Assembly (NCBI GenBank): GCA_017630985.1
Contig: JAGBUC010000033.1
Span: 3,505 to 67,504 of the forward strand
Source: Clostridia bacterium
GTDB taxonomy: Bacteria > Bacillota > Clostridia > Oscillospirales > Acutalibacteraceae
Direction: 5' to 3'
Length of the DNA: 64,000 nt
A model generated the notes under the pieces. It did not search any database and had not been told where the DNA came from. It saw only the letters and a list, made by a program, of their open reading frames with translations. Positions 19,016 through 28,165 of the stretch are shown here, piece after piece (the stretch's first letter is position 1; each line of letters starts with the position of its first letter). A program made the translations under genes and the position numbers.

Positions 19016-20412
19016 TTAAGCTCCATAACCTTTTCTTTAAAGAATTTACCTCTTGCGGCAAAGTTGGGGAAGGCATCAAAGGATGCACAGGCGGGTGACA
19101 GGGTTACGATATCACCCGATACGGCTTTTTCGTGGGCAACCGTTATGGCTTGTTCAAGAGAAGAGACGTGTATTATTTCGGGGCAGTTTTCTCTATAGTC
19201 GGGGTCCGCTTTAACAGCATTTTCAATAGCCTCGGCGGTTGGACCCGAAAGGAGAAGAAGCTTTACCTTTGAGGTGATATACGGAGACATAGGCTCGAAC
19301 GGAATGTGCTTGTCGTAGCCGCCTGCAATAAGAATAACCTTTTGGTCGAAGGCCTTAAGTCCCGCAATAGTTCTTGTGGGGCTTGAAGCGATAGAATCGT
19401 TATAATATTTAACTCCACCGACCTCGCGTACGAACTCTATACGGTGCTCGACACCCTTGAATTCTTTGGCAACAGCCCGTATGTTTTCGGCGCTGACATA
19501 TCCCCAAACGGCAGCAATAGCCGTGAGATAGTTTTCAACATTGTGGTCGCCCAAAATCGTAATATCCTTTTTGCTCATAATGGGGGCATCGATACCTCTA
19601 TAGGACATATGGAGCGTACCCTCGGTGTCGAGCCAAGCGCCGTTTTTAACCCGTCTTTCCATACTGAAGCCGAGAGACTGGCCGCGAACATAGTCGCGGA
19701 AGCCGTCGGTTATCTCGTTGTCGTAGTTGAGGACGGTGCGAGAGAAGGCGTTTTGGTGAAGAATGATGTTTTTCTTCGCCTCAACATATTCGTCCATATC
19801 CTTATGGATGTCAAGGTGGTTGGGTGCAACATTGGTGACGACCGCAACATCGGGGCTTTTTCTCATAGATATAAGCTGGAAGGAGGAGAGCTCGACCACC
19901 ACGAAATCCTCAGGTTTAATTTGGTCAATAATTGGGAGAAGCGGAGTTCCGATATTTCCTCCGACATGTACGGTTTTGCCTTGCTTTTTAAGCATTTCGG
20001 CAATAAGGGTTGTAGTTGTGGTTTTTCCGTCAGAGCCCGTTACGGCAAATATTGTAGCCGGACAGAGGTCGAAAAAAACCTCCATCTCGCTCGTTACGGC
20101 AATACCTTTTTTGCGAGCAGCAGTAAGCTCGGGGAGGTAGAAGCTCATACCAGGGGTTCTGAAAATTATGTCGACCTCAAGGTTTTCGAGATAGTTGTCG
20201 CCAAGACGAAGCTCGGCCCCCGCTTCTTCAAGGCGGTCGGCAAGCTCGCCTATTTGGGCGCGTTCGCGTCGGTCACAGGCATACACACGCGCACCCTTTG
20301 AAAGAAAGTTCATAATAAGGGGAGTATTGCTGACACCGATACCAAGCATAGCGATTTTTTTCGAGGCAATATTTTCCCAGAACTGTTTGCAATCCAAAAC
20401 AATTCCTCCCAT
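19012..20412 (-). CDS. murD: UDP-N-acetylmuramoylalanine--D-glutamate ligase
   Basis: GIGVSN Rossmann N-terminus and VTGSDGKTTTT P-loop, Mur ligase layout. The exact start is uncertain: ATG at 20412, or a TTG a few codons further in that follows GGGAGGA. Confidence 0.9.
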   Translation of the reverse strand: MGGIVLDCKQFWENIASKKIAMLGIGVSNTPLIMNFLSKGARVYACDRRERAQIGELADRLEEAGAELRLGDNYLENLEVDIIFRTPGMSFYLPELTAARKKGIAVTSEMEVFFDLCPATIFAVTGSDGKTTTTTLIAEMLKKQGKTVHVGGNIGTPLLPIIDQIKPEDFVVVELSSFQLISMRKSPDVAVVTNVAPNHLDIHKDMDEYVEAKKNIILHQNAFSRTVLNYDNEITDGFRDYVRGQSLGFSMERRVKNGAWLDTEGTLHMSYRGIDAPIMSKKDITILGDHNVENYLTAIAAVWGYVSAENIRAVAKEFKGVEHRIEFVREVGGVKYYNDSIASSPTRTIAGLKAFDQKVILIAGGYDKHIPFEPMSPYITSKVKLLLLSGPTAEAIENAVKADPDYRENCPEIIHVSSLEQAITVAHEKAVSGDIVTLSPACASFDAFPNFAARGKFFKEKVMELK

Positions 20413-20499
20413 CAAAAGTATATATTTATTTTATTATACTTAAAAACACCAAAAATATCAACTTGTTTAGCATATGAAATCGAAAATATTTGTGAGTTT

Positions 20500-20537
20500 T
20501 TAAAAGAGACGCCTCCCGAACGGGTTCGGGAGGCGTT
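20500..20537 (-). terminator. rho-independent terminator after the AraC-family gene
   Basis: Minus strand reads ACGCCTCCCGAAC...GTTCGGGAGGCGT followed by CTCTTTT. Confidence 0.7.
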
Positions 20538-20561
20538 ATTGAGCATAAAATATGATAGTTG

Positions 20562-21377
20562 TTATTTAGTTGTTTCGTTTTTGCGAAGCTGTAGGGGGGA
20601 CATACCGTATGCTTCTTTAAAGTCGCGCAGGAAGTTTGAATATGACGAGTAGCCTACGGCATCGCAAAGCTCCTGGCTTTTTAAACGGGTCGTAAGAGCA
20701 AGACGATGAGCCTCTTCAAGACGTACCTGCTTAAGATAGGCATATAGCGACACACCTACTTCTTTTTTGAAAATTTCACCGAGATAGTTCTTGTTCATAC
20801 CGACGGCAGACGCAATATCTGAAACCGAAATGCGCTCGCGAAGATGGTCTTTCATATAAAGCTGCGCGTCGAGCACCTTTTCGTGAGAGCCTTTAACATA
20901 ATCGGCCGGATTTGCCTTAAGAGAGCCTAAAAAGAGAAGATAGATTACGTTTATTATTGATTTTTTAAGATAATCCGTATCGGCATTGTTGCCCTTACAA
21001 GACATAAGAAGCAGGTACAGATTTTCGATTTGCAGGGCAGTATAATCGTCAAGGTAGGTTATTAGATTGCCCTTATAGCTTATTAAAAAGCGTAAAAACG
21101 ATTTGGGCATACATTGGTCGGGAATTTGAATTTTGTGTACGGAGCCCGAGTGGGAGAGGCTTCTTTCGTGATAATCCTTAAGGCGAAGAAGATAGATGCA
21201 GCCGCGACGAAAATCGTGACGCTTTCCGTTTATGAGAAGGTCGCCCTCACCGGAGGAAATAAACTCGAGCTCGTAGGTAGGGTGCCAATGGCGAGTTGTT
21301 GTTTTGGCGGCGTAAGATTTGATATTTACCTTGTGTCCGTGACGCTTATATTCAATTCGGTCTTCTTTAATTGCCAT
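20562..21377 (-). CDS. AraC family transcriptional regulator (cupin N-domain plus HTH)
   Basis: C-terminal AraC HTH (...GYSSYSNFLRDFKEAYGMSP). ATG at 21377 follows AAAGGAG and overlaps the rsmA 3' end by 11 nt. Confidence 0.85.
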   Translation of the reverse strand: MAIKEDRIEYKRHGHKVNIKSYAAKTTTRHWHPTYELEFISSGEGDLLINGKRHDFRRGCIYLLRLKDYHERSLSHSGSVHKIQIPDQCMPKSFLRFLISYKGNLITYLDDYTALQIENLYLLLMSCKGNNADTDYLKKSIINVIYLLFLGSLKANPADYVKGSHEKVLDAQLYMKDHLRERISVSDIASAVGMNKNYLGEIFKKEVGVSLYAYLKQVRLEEAHRLALTTRLKSQELCDAVGYSSYSNFLRDFKEAYGMSPLQLRKNETTK

Positions 21378-22236
21378 TTTTTTCTCCTTTAAAAATATAT
21401 TCAAAAACATTTGCAAGTTCGGACATAGAAAGCTCTTCGCTGCGGGCGGTTTCCTTAAGGCCTGAGGCATTAAGGGCTTCTTTTATAAGCTGTTTGCTTA
21501 CAGCCATTGAAGAAGAAACGGTGTTTACGAGGGTTTTGCGGCGCTGAGCAAAGCAGGCTTTAACAAAAGAGAAAAACTTTTTCTCGTCCGAAAGGGTTAT
21601 TTCGGGTGAAGTTCTCACCGAAAGCTTTATAACGGCGCTGTCGACCTTTGGGGGAGGCAAAAAAGATTCGCTTGGAACACCGAAAAGAATTTCACCCTTT
21701 GCATAGTAGTTTACCGCAACGGTGACTGCACCGGCCTCTCGGCTCCCCACCTCTGCGCAAAGACGCTGGGCCGCCTCTTTTTGCACCATAACGGTTATAT
21801 TATCGATTGGAAGACGGCTTTCAAGCAGATGCATAATTATGGGAGAGGTTATATAGTAGGGTAGGTTTGCACAGACGGCAACCTTATCGCAGTCAGAAAA
21901 TTTTTCGTTAATTAATTTGGCAAGGTCAATTTTCATAGCGTCGCCGAATATGATTTCAACGTTATTTTTGTCTGCAAGGGTTTTTTTGAGCACAGGCTTT
22001 AGCCTTTCATCAAGTTCAATAGTAACAACCCGCTTTGCGACATCCGAAAGTTCTGCCGTGAGAACACCTGCGCCCGGACCGATTTCGAGGACGCCTGTGT
22101 TCTTATCGCAGGCTGCAGCTGCCATAGCAGGACAGACGGTAGGGTCGACTAGAAAATTTTGGCCCAAGGACTTTTTGGTTGAAAAACCCTCTGAGCGCAG
22201 TATTTTTTGCAAGGTTTCAAAATCTGCAAGATTCAT
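21367..22236 (-). CDS. rsmA: 16S rRNA (adenine1518/1519-N6)-dimethyltransferase
   Basis: KSLGQNFL, LEIGPGAG and NLPYYITSPI motifs. ATG at 22236 follows GGAGA. Confidence 0.9.
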   Translation of the reverse strand: MNLADFETLQKILRSEGFSTKKSLGQNFLVDPTVCPAMAAAACDKNTGVLEIGPGAGVLTAELSDVAKRVVTIELDERLKPVLKKTLADKNNVEIIFGDAMKIDLAKLINEKFSDCDKVAVCANLPYYITSPIIMHLLESRLPIDNITVMVQKEAAQRLCAEVGSREAGAVTVAVNYYAKGEILFGVPSESFLPPPKVDSAVIKLSVRTSPEITLSDEKKFFSFVKACFAQRRKTLVNTVSSSMAVSKQLIKEALNASGLKETARSEELSMSELANVFEYIFKGEKNGN

Positions 22237-22429
22237 TTTTTGTCTCCGAATATAATAAACTTGTTTTTTCATATTATACTTTATAGACTACTGATATTGC
22301 AACAACGATTTTCTTTGTTTTGCAACAAAAAGTGTAGAATTGTACGCGAGAGAAAAACATCTGTACATTTTGACGAAACAAAAAGTTAAAAAATAAAAAA
22401 ATTTTGCCATTTTTTTGTGCTTATCGCTA

Positions 22430-22458
22430 TTGACAAAACGGGTATAAAAGTTTAACAT
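22430..22458 (+). promoter_or_regulatory. candidate sigma-A promoter for gdhA
   Basis: TTGACA (22430-22435), 17-nt spacer, TAACAT (22453-22458). Confidence 0.4.
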
Positions 22459-22513
22459 ATATTATATTACTTTAGTGTATTAAAATATCTTGCTTTTATA
22501 GGAGGAAGCAATT

Positions 22514-23863
22514 ATGTTAAAAAACGAGTATTTAAAAAAGGTTTATGCACAAGTAGAGCAGCGTAATGCCGGCGAGTCTGAGTTCCTTCAGGCCGTTTTA
22601 GAGGTTCTTGAATCTTTGGAGCCTGTTGTTGAGCAAGACCCCAAGTTCGAAAAGACAGGCGTAATTGAACGCATGGTTGAGCCTGAACGTATGATTTCTT
22701 TCCGCGTTCCCTGGGTTGATGATAGGGGTAATGTTCAGGTTAACCGCGGTTTTAGAGTTCAGTTTAACTCTGCGATTGGTCCATACAAGGGAGGTCTTCG
22801 TTTCCATCCCTCAGTAAATGCCTCAATTATGAAGTTTTTAGGCTTTGAGCAGACCTTTAAGAACAGTCTCACCTCTCTCCCTATGGGCGGGGGCAAAGGT
22901 GGTTCTGATTTCGACCCCAGAGGAAAGTCTGACGGAGAGGTTATGCGTTTCTGCCAAAGCTTTATGACCGAGCTTGAGCGTCACATCGGCGCAAACACCG
23001 ACGTTCCTGCAGGAGATATCGGAGTTGGCGCTCGTGAGATTGGATATCTTTACGGTCAGTATAAGCGCCTTCGCAACGAATTTACCGGCGTTCTTACCGG
23101 CAAAGGTATTTCTTACGGCGGCTCTCTAATCCGTCCAGAAGCAACCGGTTTTGGTGCAGTTTATTATGTTGAAAATATGCTCGCTTCTTTCGGAGATAAT
23201 ATTAAAGGCAAGACCTTTGCTGTATCAGGTTTTGGTAATGTTGCCTGGGGCACCGTAAAGAAGATTAACGAGCTCGGCGGCAAGGTTGTTACTATTTCGG
23301 GTCCTGACGGATACATATATGATGAAAACGGCATTTCTACCGAAGAAAAGATTAGTTTTATGCTTGAGATGAGAGCAACCGGCAGAGATAAGGTTGAAGA
23401 TTATGCTGAGAAGTTCGGCGTTCCCTTCTTCAAGGGCCAGCGTCCTTGGGATACAAAGGTTGATGTTGTTATGCCCTGCGCTACACAGAACGAGGTTGGC
23501 ATTGAGGACGCTAAAAACATCGTTGCTAACGGCGTTAAGTATTACGTTGAGGTTGCTAACATGCCTACAACAGCGGAGGCTGTGGCTTACCTTAAGGAAG
23601 CGGGTGTTGTTATTGCTCCGTCCAAGGCGGTTAACGCCGGCGGTGTTGCAGTTTCGGGTCTTGAGATGAGCCAGAACTCTATGCGCTATAGCTGGACCGC
23701 AGAAGAGGTTGATGCGAAGCTCAAGCAGATTATGAAGAACATCTTTGAGGCTTCGGCTTCGGCTGCTAAGAAGTATGGTATGGAGGGCGACCTTGTTGCA
23801 GGCGCTAACATCGCGGGCTTCGAAAAGGTTGCAGAGGCAATGATTGCTCAGGGTGTTTGCTAA
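22514..23863 (+). CDS. gdhA: NADP-specific glutamate dehydrogenase
   Basis: 449 aa with the GGGKGG catalytic region and hexameric GDH layout. AGGAGG precedes the ATG. Confidence 0.95.
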   Translation: MLKNEYLKKVYAQVEQRNAGESEFLQAVLEVLESLEPVVEQDPKFEKTGVIERMVEPERMISFRVPWVDDRGNVQVNRGFRVQFNSAIGPYKGGLRFHPSVNASIMKFLGFEQTFKNSLTSLPMGGGKGGSDFDPRGKSDGEVMRFCQSFMTELERHIGANTDVPAGDIGVGAREIGYLYGQYKRLRNEFTGVLTGKGISYGGSLIRPEATGFGAVYYVENMLASFGDNIKGKTFAVSGFGNVAWGTVKKINELGGKVVTISGPDGYIYDENGISTEEKISFMLEMRATGRDKVEDYAEKFGVPFFKGQRPWDTKVDVVMPCATQNEVGIEDAKNIVANGVKYYVEVANMPTTAEAVAYLKEAGVVIAPSKAVNAGGVAVSGLEMSQNSMRYSWTAEEVDAKLKQIMKNIFEASASAAKKYGMEGDLVAGANIAGFEKVAEAMIAQGVC

Positions 23864-23879
23864 GAGAAAAATAGTTTTA

Positions 23880-23910
23880 AACGGCACCTCATAAAAGTGG
23901 TGCCGTTTTT
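23880..23910 (+). terminator. rho-independent terminator after gdhA
   Basis: AACGGCACC pairs with GGTGCCGTT, followed by TTT. Confidence 0.75.
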
Positions 23911-24009
23911 AGTAAAATGTTTATTGATTATTGATATAAGGTATGATATAATTTTACTGAGGTGTTTAATATGAACTCCAAAAACATAGTTGAAACGAGA
24001 GGTAATAAA

Positions 24010-24897
24010 ATGAAAAAGTTATTTGCTGTTCTTCTTTCTCTTTGCCTTATGTGCGGTTTGCTTACTGCATGTGGCGGTGGAGAGGCTTCGTCTAACGATA
24101 ATAATTCAGACGGTACTCAGGCTGTAAATATTGCTAATTTTGATGGTTGGTGGACTGCCGCATCAGTTGATGCAGGAGCGTTTAAAATAAATGCTTCTGA
24201 CAGCACTGTTACCGCCTATGCTAAAAACGGATATAAAATCGCCACATTTCCTTGTGTCGCAAAAACCGACGGCGTAGAGCTTAAGATGGGTGCGTTTGGA
24301 AATGTTACAGTTGCATTAGAAGACCTTACAGTTTCGGCAGAACCGACCGTTTCTGAACAGGTAGACATACAGAAGAAATGGGTAGGACCTCTTAATACTG
24401 AGCAATACTTGGAGTTTAACGCTAACGGATTTAAGCTTTTTACAACAAGTGAAGATTATGGTACGAAATATGAGGTTTCTGCTGACAAGACTGTAGTTTC
24501 CTTTATGGGAACAAAAGACCTGCTTAGCAAAAAACATTATCAAATTGTTGGCGGCGGCTTAATGCTTATTCGTGTTGAGGGAACAGAAGGTGATTATAAG
24601 CCTTCAGAGCATAACGAACTTTTTATTGATGAGTCTGCGCTTGCGACTGATAAGGGTAAAGCGATAGGAAATTATTATATTTTCTTAACCGAGAAGTGGG
24701 CTGACGAAACAGGTGAAAACACAGCAGAATTTGCAGACAACGGAAAATTCTCTCTTTCAGGAACAGAGATGGGCATATGGTATCCTACCGCAACAGGCGC
24801 GGCTGTTGAACTTGCTGACGGCACAGTTGATGAGGTTACACTTTCTGATGGCTCTTTCACAATGAACACAACAGGAACAACCTACACTAAGAAATAA
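24010..24897 (+). CDS. lipoprotein of unknown function
   Basis: MKKLFAVLLSLCLMCGLLTACGG signal peptide with lipobox. ATG at 24010 follows GAGG. Confidence 0.7.
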   Translation: MKKLFAVLLSLCLMCGLLTACGGGEASSNDNNSDGTQAVNIANFDGWWTAASVDAGAFKINASDSTVTAYAKNGYKIATFPCVAKTDGVELKMGAFGNVTVALEDLTVSAEPTVSEQVDIQKKWVGPLNTEQYLEFNANGFKLFTTSEDYGTKYEVSADKTVVSFMGTKDLLSKKHYQIVGGGLMLIRVEGTEGDYKPSEHNELFIDESALATDKGKAIGNYYIFLTEKWADETGENTAEFADNGKFSLSGTEMGIWYPTATGAAVELADGTVDEVTLSDGSFTMNTTGTTYTKK

Positions 24898-24902
24898 ATA
24901 AA

Positions 24903-24937
24903 AGCACGGATTTTAAATCCGTGCTTTTTCTTTTTTT
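24903..24937. terminator. hairpin terminator, usable in both directions
   Basis: GCACGGATT pairs with AATCCGTGC. T-runs follow on the plus strand, and TTTATTTATTT follows on the minus strand. Confidence 0.75.
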
Positions 24938-24940
24938 ATT

Positions 24941-25125
24941 TGCCCACCCTGCCGTATCGGGCAATTGATAACCTGCAATTAAAGCAGGTGGGTGCTCTCC
25001 TATCGGTTTCGGGCTTCCAACGTCCGCATGAAGCGGGAGGCCTGCACACCCGCCGAAAGAGCCGAGCTCCCAAAAATATGGTTGTAGGGTTATAAATGCA
25101 ACCGTTCGCGTACAGGGCAGGACAG
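24941..25125. ncRNA. candidate structured ncRNA, 6S-RNA-like long irregular hairpin (strand unresolved)
   Basis: A ~185-nt GC-rich block lies between convergent genes. The ends pair (CCTGCC 24948-24953 with GGCAGG 25116-25121; ATAACC 24968-24973 with GGTTAT 25088-25093). There is an apical stem (GGCTTCC 25012-25018 with GGAGGCC 25036-25042), and the apex near 25030 sits at the midpoint. Confidence 0.4.
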
Positions 25126-25151
25126 TAATATTTTAGGTTATTTGGTTTAAA

Positions 25152-25466
25152 TTATTCGTCTTCCTCGTTAATTTCATAGAGGTCTTGAAGGCGTTCGATA
25201 AAGGCATCTGCAACAAACTCATACTCTTCATCGTCTTCTATAGGGAAGAGATATTCTTCTCCGTTTTCTTCACCAACTTTAACGATAACAAGCTCACCAC
25301 TGTCGTCAAGTGATTGCTTCGGGTCATCGTAGATAGGTAGCATAGCAAGATATCTACCTTCGTCTGATTCAATAGCGTCGAGGACTTCAAAGGTGTATTC
25401 TTTACCCTCGTCATCGGTTAAGGATATAATATCGGGGTTGTATTCGAGTTCTTTGTTTTCTGCCAT
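25152..25466 (-). CDS. DUF1292 family acidic small protein
   Basis: 104 aa and highly acidic, with the ...DDEGKEYTFEVLD...YLAMLP... pattern typical of DUF1292/YrzB. Confidence 0.75.
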   Translation of the reverse strand: MAENKELEYNPDIISLTDDEGKEYTFEVLDAIESDEGRYLAMLPIYDDPKQSLDDSGELVIVKVGEENGEEYLFPIEDDEEYEFVADAFIERLQDLYEINEEDE

Positions 25467-25599
25467 AGTTATTCTCCTAAAAAATTTTATATATATATTT
25501 TAACTGTTTTCAATAAATTAGTCAATAGGTTAAATTAGGGTAGACATTTTGAGAAATCTAGTGTATAATCAAAACAAAATTTTATCTGAGGTGTTATAT

Positions 25600-26622
25600 A
25601 TGAAAAGAATAGTTACTTTCGGTGAAATTATGCTCCGTCTCGCCCCTAACGGATATTACCGTTTCTTCCAGAACGACCAGATGCAAGCTACTTTTGGCGG
25701 CGGTGAAGCAAACGTTGCGGTCTCCCTTGCAAACTTTGGGATGGACGCTGCTTTTGTTACAAAGCTTCCCTCTCACGCTATAGGTCAGGCTGCAGTAAAC
25801 TCTCTTCGTTATTTTGGGGTTGATACTGACGATGTCGTAAGAGGCGGTGAACGTGTAGGAATTTATTATCTAGAGAAGGGTGCTTCTCAGCGTGGCTCTG
25901 TATGTATTTACGACCGTGCACATTCTTCTATACAGACCGCATCCACTGCGGACTTTGATTGGGACGATATTTTCGAGGGTGCAGATTGGTTCCATTTCAC
26001 TGGAATCACCCCAGCTCTTGGAGAAAACCTTGTTGAAATTTGTAAAGCTGCTTGTATTGCGGCAAAGGCAAAGGGAGTTAAAATCTCTTGCGACCTTAAC
26101 TATAGAGGAAAGCTTTGGACAAGGGCTGAGGCAAACAAGGCAATGACTGAGCTTTGTAAATATGTTAATGTTTGCATCTCTAACGAAGAGGATGCAAAGG
26201 ATGTATTTGGAATTGAGGCTGAGGACACCGATATTTACGGCGGAAAGCTCAATCACGAGGGTTATAAGAGTGTTGCAAAGCAGCTTGCTGATAAGTTTGG
26301 CTTTGAAAAGGTTGCGATAACCCTTCGTTCTTCAATTTCTGCAAGTGATAACGACTGGGCTGCGATGCTTTACGATGGCGAAAACTACTGCTTCTCGAAA
26401 GAGTATCACCTACATATTACCGATCGTGTCGGAGGTGGAGACAGCTTTGGCGCAGGACTTATTTACGCATTACTTTCGGGCAAGGATACACAGGCTGCTG
26501 TAGAATTTGCGGTTGCTGCATCTGCACTTAAGCACTCTATCGAGGGTGACTTTAACCGTGTAACCGTTTCTGAGGTTGAAAAGCTTGCGGGCGGAGACGG
26601 CTCGGGCAGAGTTCAAAGATAA
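25600..26622 (+). CDS. kdgK: PfkB family sugar kinase, probably 2-dehydro-3-deoxygluconokinase
   Basis: FGEIMLRL N-terminus, GGGEANVA and C-terminal DRVGGGDSFGAG motifs. ATG at 25600 follows GAGGTG. Confidence 0.7.
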   Translation: MKRIVTFGEIMLRLAPNGYYRFFQNDQMQATFGGGEANVAVSLANFGMDAAFVTKLPSHAIGQAAVNSLRYFGVDTDDVVRGGERVGIYYLEKGASQRGSVCIYDRAHSSIQTASTADFDWDDIFEGADWFHFTGITPALGENLVEICKAACIAAKAKGVKISCDLNYRGKLWTRAEANKAMTELCKYVNVCISNEEDAKDVFGIEAEDTDIYGGKLNHEGYKSVAKQLADKFGFEKVAITLRSSISASDNDWAAMLYDGENYCFSKEYHLHITDRVGGGDSFGAGLIYALLSGKDTQAAVEFAVAASALKHSIEGDFNRVTVSEVEKLAGGDGSGRVQR

Positions 26623-26636
26623 TACAACAAAAAAAT

Positions 26637-26670
26637 AAAAGCGGAAGAACCAAAAGTTCTTCCGCTTTTT
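26637..26670. terminator. bidirectional terminator between kdgK and livF
   Basis: AAAAGCGGAAGAAC-CAAAA-GTTCTTCCGCTTTT. Confidence 0.8.
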
Positions 26671-26679
26671 AATTTAGAA

Positions 26680-27390
26680 TTATCCGCCGAGATAGGCTTT
26701 TTTAACCTTGTCGCTGGCGGCAAGCTCGGCACCTGTTCCCGAGAGAACGATGCTTCCTGTTTCGAGCACATAGGCCCTATCAGAGATAGCAAGTGATTTG
26801 CCTGCATTTTGCTCGACCAGAAGAATTGTTGTTCCATCCTTGTTGATATCTTTGATGATTTCGAACACCTGGTCAACAAGCAGAGGGGAAAGCCCCATAG
26901 ATGGCTCGTCAAGCATTAAAAGCTTGGGGTGGCTCATAAGGGCGCGTCCCATAGCGAGCATCTGTTGTTCACCGCCAGAAAGGGTTCCGGCAATCTGACT
27001 TTTTCTTTCGGCAAGACGGGGAAAACGCTCATATATGCGGTCGATGTCCTCTTTAAAGTTTGCTTTTTTACCCTGAGAGTATGCTCCCATCAAGAGATTT
27101 TCGTAAACGGTTAGCTCTTGGAAAACACGTCTGCCTTCCGGAACCTGAGACATTCCTAAATGCACAATTTTGTGACAGGGCATTTTAGTGATGTCGAGTC
27201 CGTCATAGATAACCGAGCCGTGACGGGCAGGGATGAGGCCTATGACCGATTGCATGGTGGTGGTCTTACCTGCGCCGTTTGCGCCGATTAGGGTGACAAT
27301 TTCGCCCTCGTTAACCTCAAAGCTTATTCCCTTAAGGGCGTTGATGACGCCATAGTAAACTTCTAAATCTTTAACTTCAAGCAGTGCCAT
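26680..27390 (-). CDS. livF: branched-chain amino acid ABC transporter ATP-binding protein
   Basis: GANGAGKTT Walker A and LSGGEQQMLA signature, LivF-type length. Confidence 0.9.
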   Translation of the reverse strand: MALLEVKDLEVYYGVINALKGISFEVNEGEIVTLIGANGAGKTTTMQSVIGLIPARHGSVIYDGLDITKMPCHKIVHLGMSQVPEGRRVFQELTVYENLLMGAYSQGKKANFKEDIDRIYERFPRLAERKSQIAGTLSGGEQQMLAMGRALMSHPKLLMLDEPSMGLSPLLVDQVFEIIKDINKDGTTILLVEQNAGKSLAISDRAYVLETGSIVLSGTGAELAASDKVKKAYLGG

Positions 27391-27394
27391 AGCG

Positions 27395-28165
27395 TTATCC
27401 TCCTATATAAGCTTTGATGACTTCGGGGTCACTTAGCGCAACCTCGGGTTTACCTTGCGCGAGAACGGTACCAAAGTTTAGTACGGTTATTTCATCGCAA
27501 AGGCCTGATACGAATTTCATATCGTGTTCGATAAGAAGAATAGTGACATTAAACTGGTCGCGTATATGGCGAACAATATCCATAAGCTCTGCCGTTTCGT
27601 TAGGGTTCATACCTGCGGCGGGCTCGTCTAAGCAGAGAAGCTTTGGATTGGTTGCGAGCGCACGCGCAATTTCAAGCTTGCGCTGTTTTCCGTAGGGCAG
27701 ATTACAAGAAAGGTTATTTCTTTCGTCTTCAAGACCTACAACGCGGAGAATTTCTTTTGCACGCTCTCTCATAGCCTTTTCGGTTTTGAAATGGCGAGGG
27801 AGGCGGAAAATGCTCTCAACCATAGAACATTTAAACTCAGGTTGATTGTGAAGACCGACAAGGACGTTGCGGATAACCGTCATATTGTTAAAAAGACGGA
27901 TGTTCTGGAAAGTTCTCGCAATACCCTTATGGTTGATTGCTTCTTGGCCTTTACCTGTTAAATCCTCACCGTCAAGCAAGAACCTGCCCGTTGTGGGCTT
28001 ATAAACACCCGTAATCATGTTGAATACGGTTGTTTTACCCGCGCCGTTAGGGCCGACAAGACCGTAAAGCTGTTTCTCCTTGATTTCAAGGTCGAGATTT
28101 TGCACCGCTTTAAGTCCGCCGAAAGAGATGCCGAGGTTTTCGGTTTTTAAAACTATTTTACTCAT
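27395..28165 (-). CDS. livG: branched-chain amino acid ABC transporter ATP-binding protein
   Basis: GPNGAGKTT Walker A, LPYGKQRKLEIARA, and the LivG-type C-terminal motif. Confidence 0.9.
   Translation of the reverse strand: MSKIVLKTENLGISFGGLKAVQNLDLEIKEKQLYGLVGPNGAGKTTVFNMITGVYKPTTGRFLLDGEDLTGKGQEAINHKGIARTFQNIRLFNNMTVIRNVLVGLHNQPEFKCSMVESIFRLPRHFKTEKAMRERAKEILRVVGLEDERNNLSCNLPYGKQRKLEIARALATNPKLLCLDEPAAGMNPNETAELMDIVRHIRDQFNVTILLIEHDMKFVSGLCDEITVLNFGTVLAQGKPEVALSDPEVIKAYIGG

Noticed and set aside
19444-20301. Long ORFs antisense to well-supported genes. Examples are 19444-20301 opposite murD, 23225-23887 opposite gdhA, 6062-6604 opposite tatD/metG, 460-858 opposite the M23 peptidase, 13091-13558 opposite eno, and 41586-42080 opposite trkH.
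   Set aside because: Each lies fully inside a gene with strong motif support on the other strand. None has an SD or a recognisable domain, and their composition is typical of shadow ORFs.
24941-25125. SRP RNA (Alu-domain-like CCTGCAAT...GCAGG resemblance to Bacillus scRNA), RNase P or tmRNA as the identity of the GC-rich spacer element.
   Set aside because: The universally conserved SRP domain IV sequence (GGUCCGGAAGGAAGCAGC-like with a GNRA loop) is absent. The element is too short for a large SRP RNA, RNase P RNA or tmRNA, and it lacks their signature boxes.
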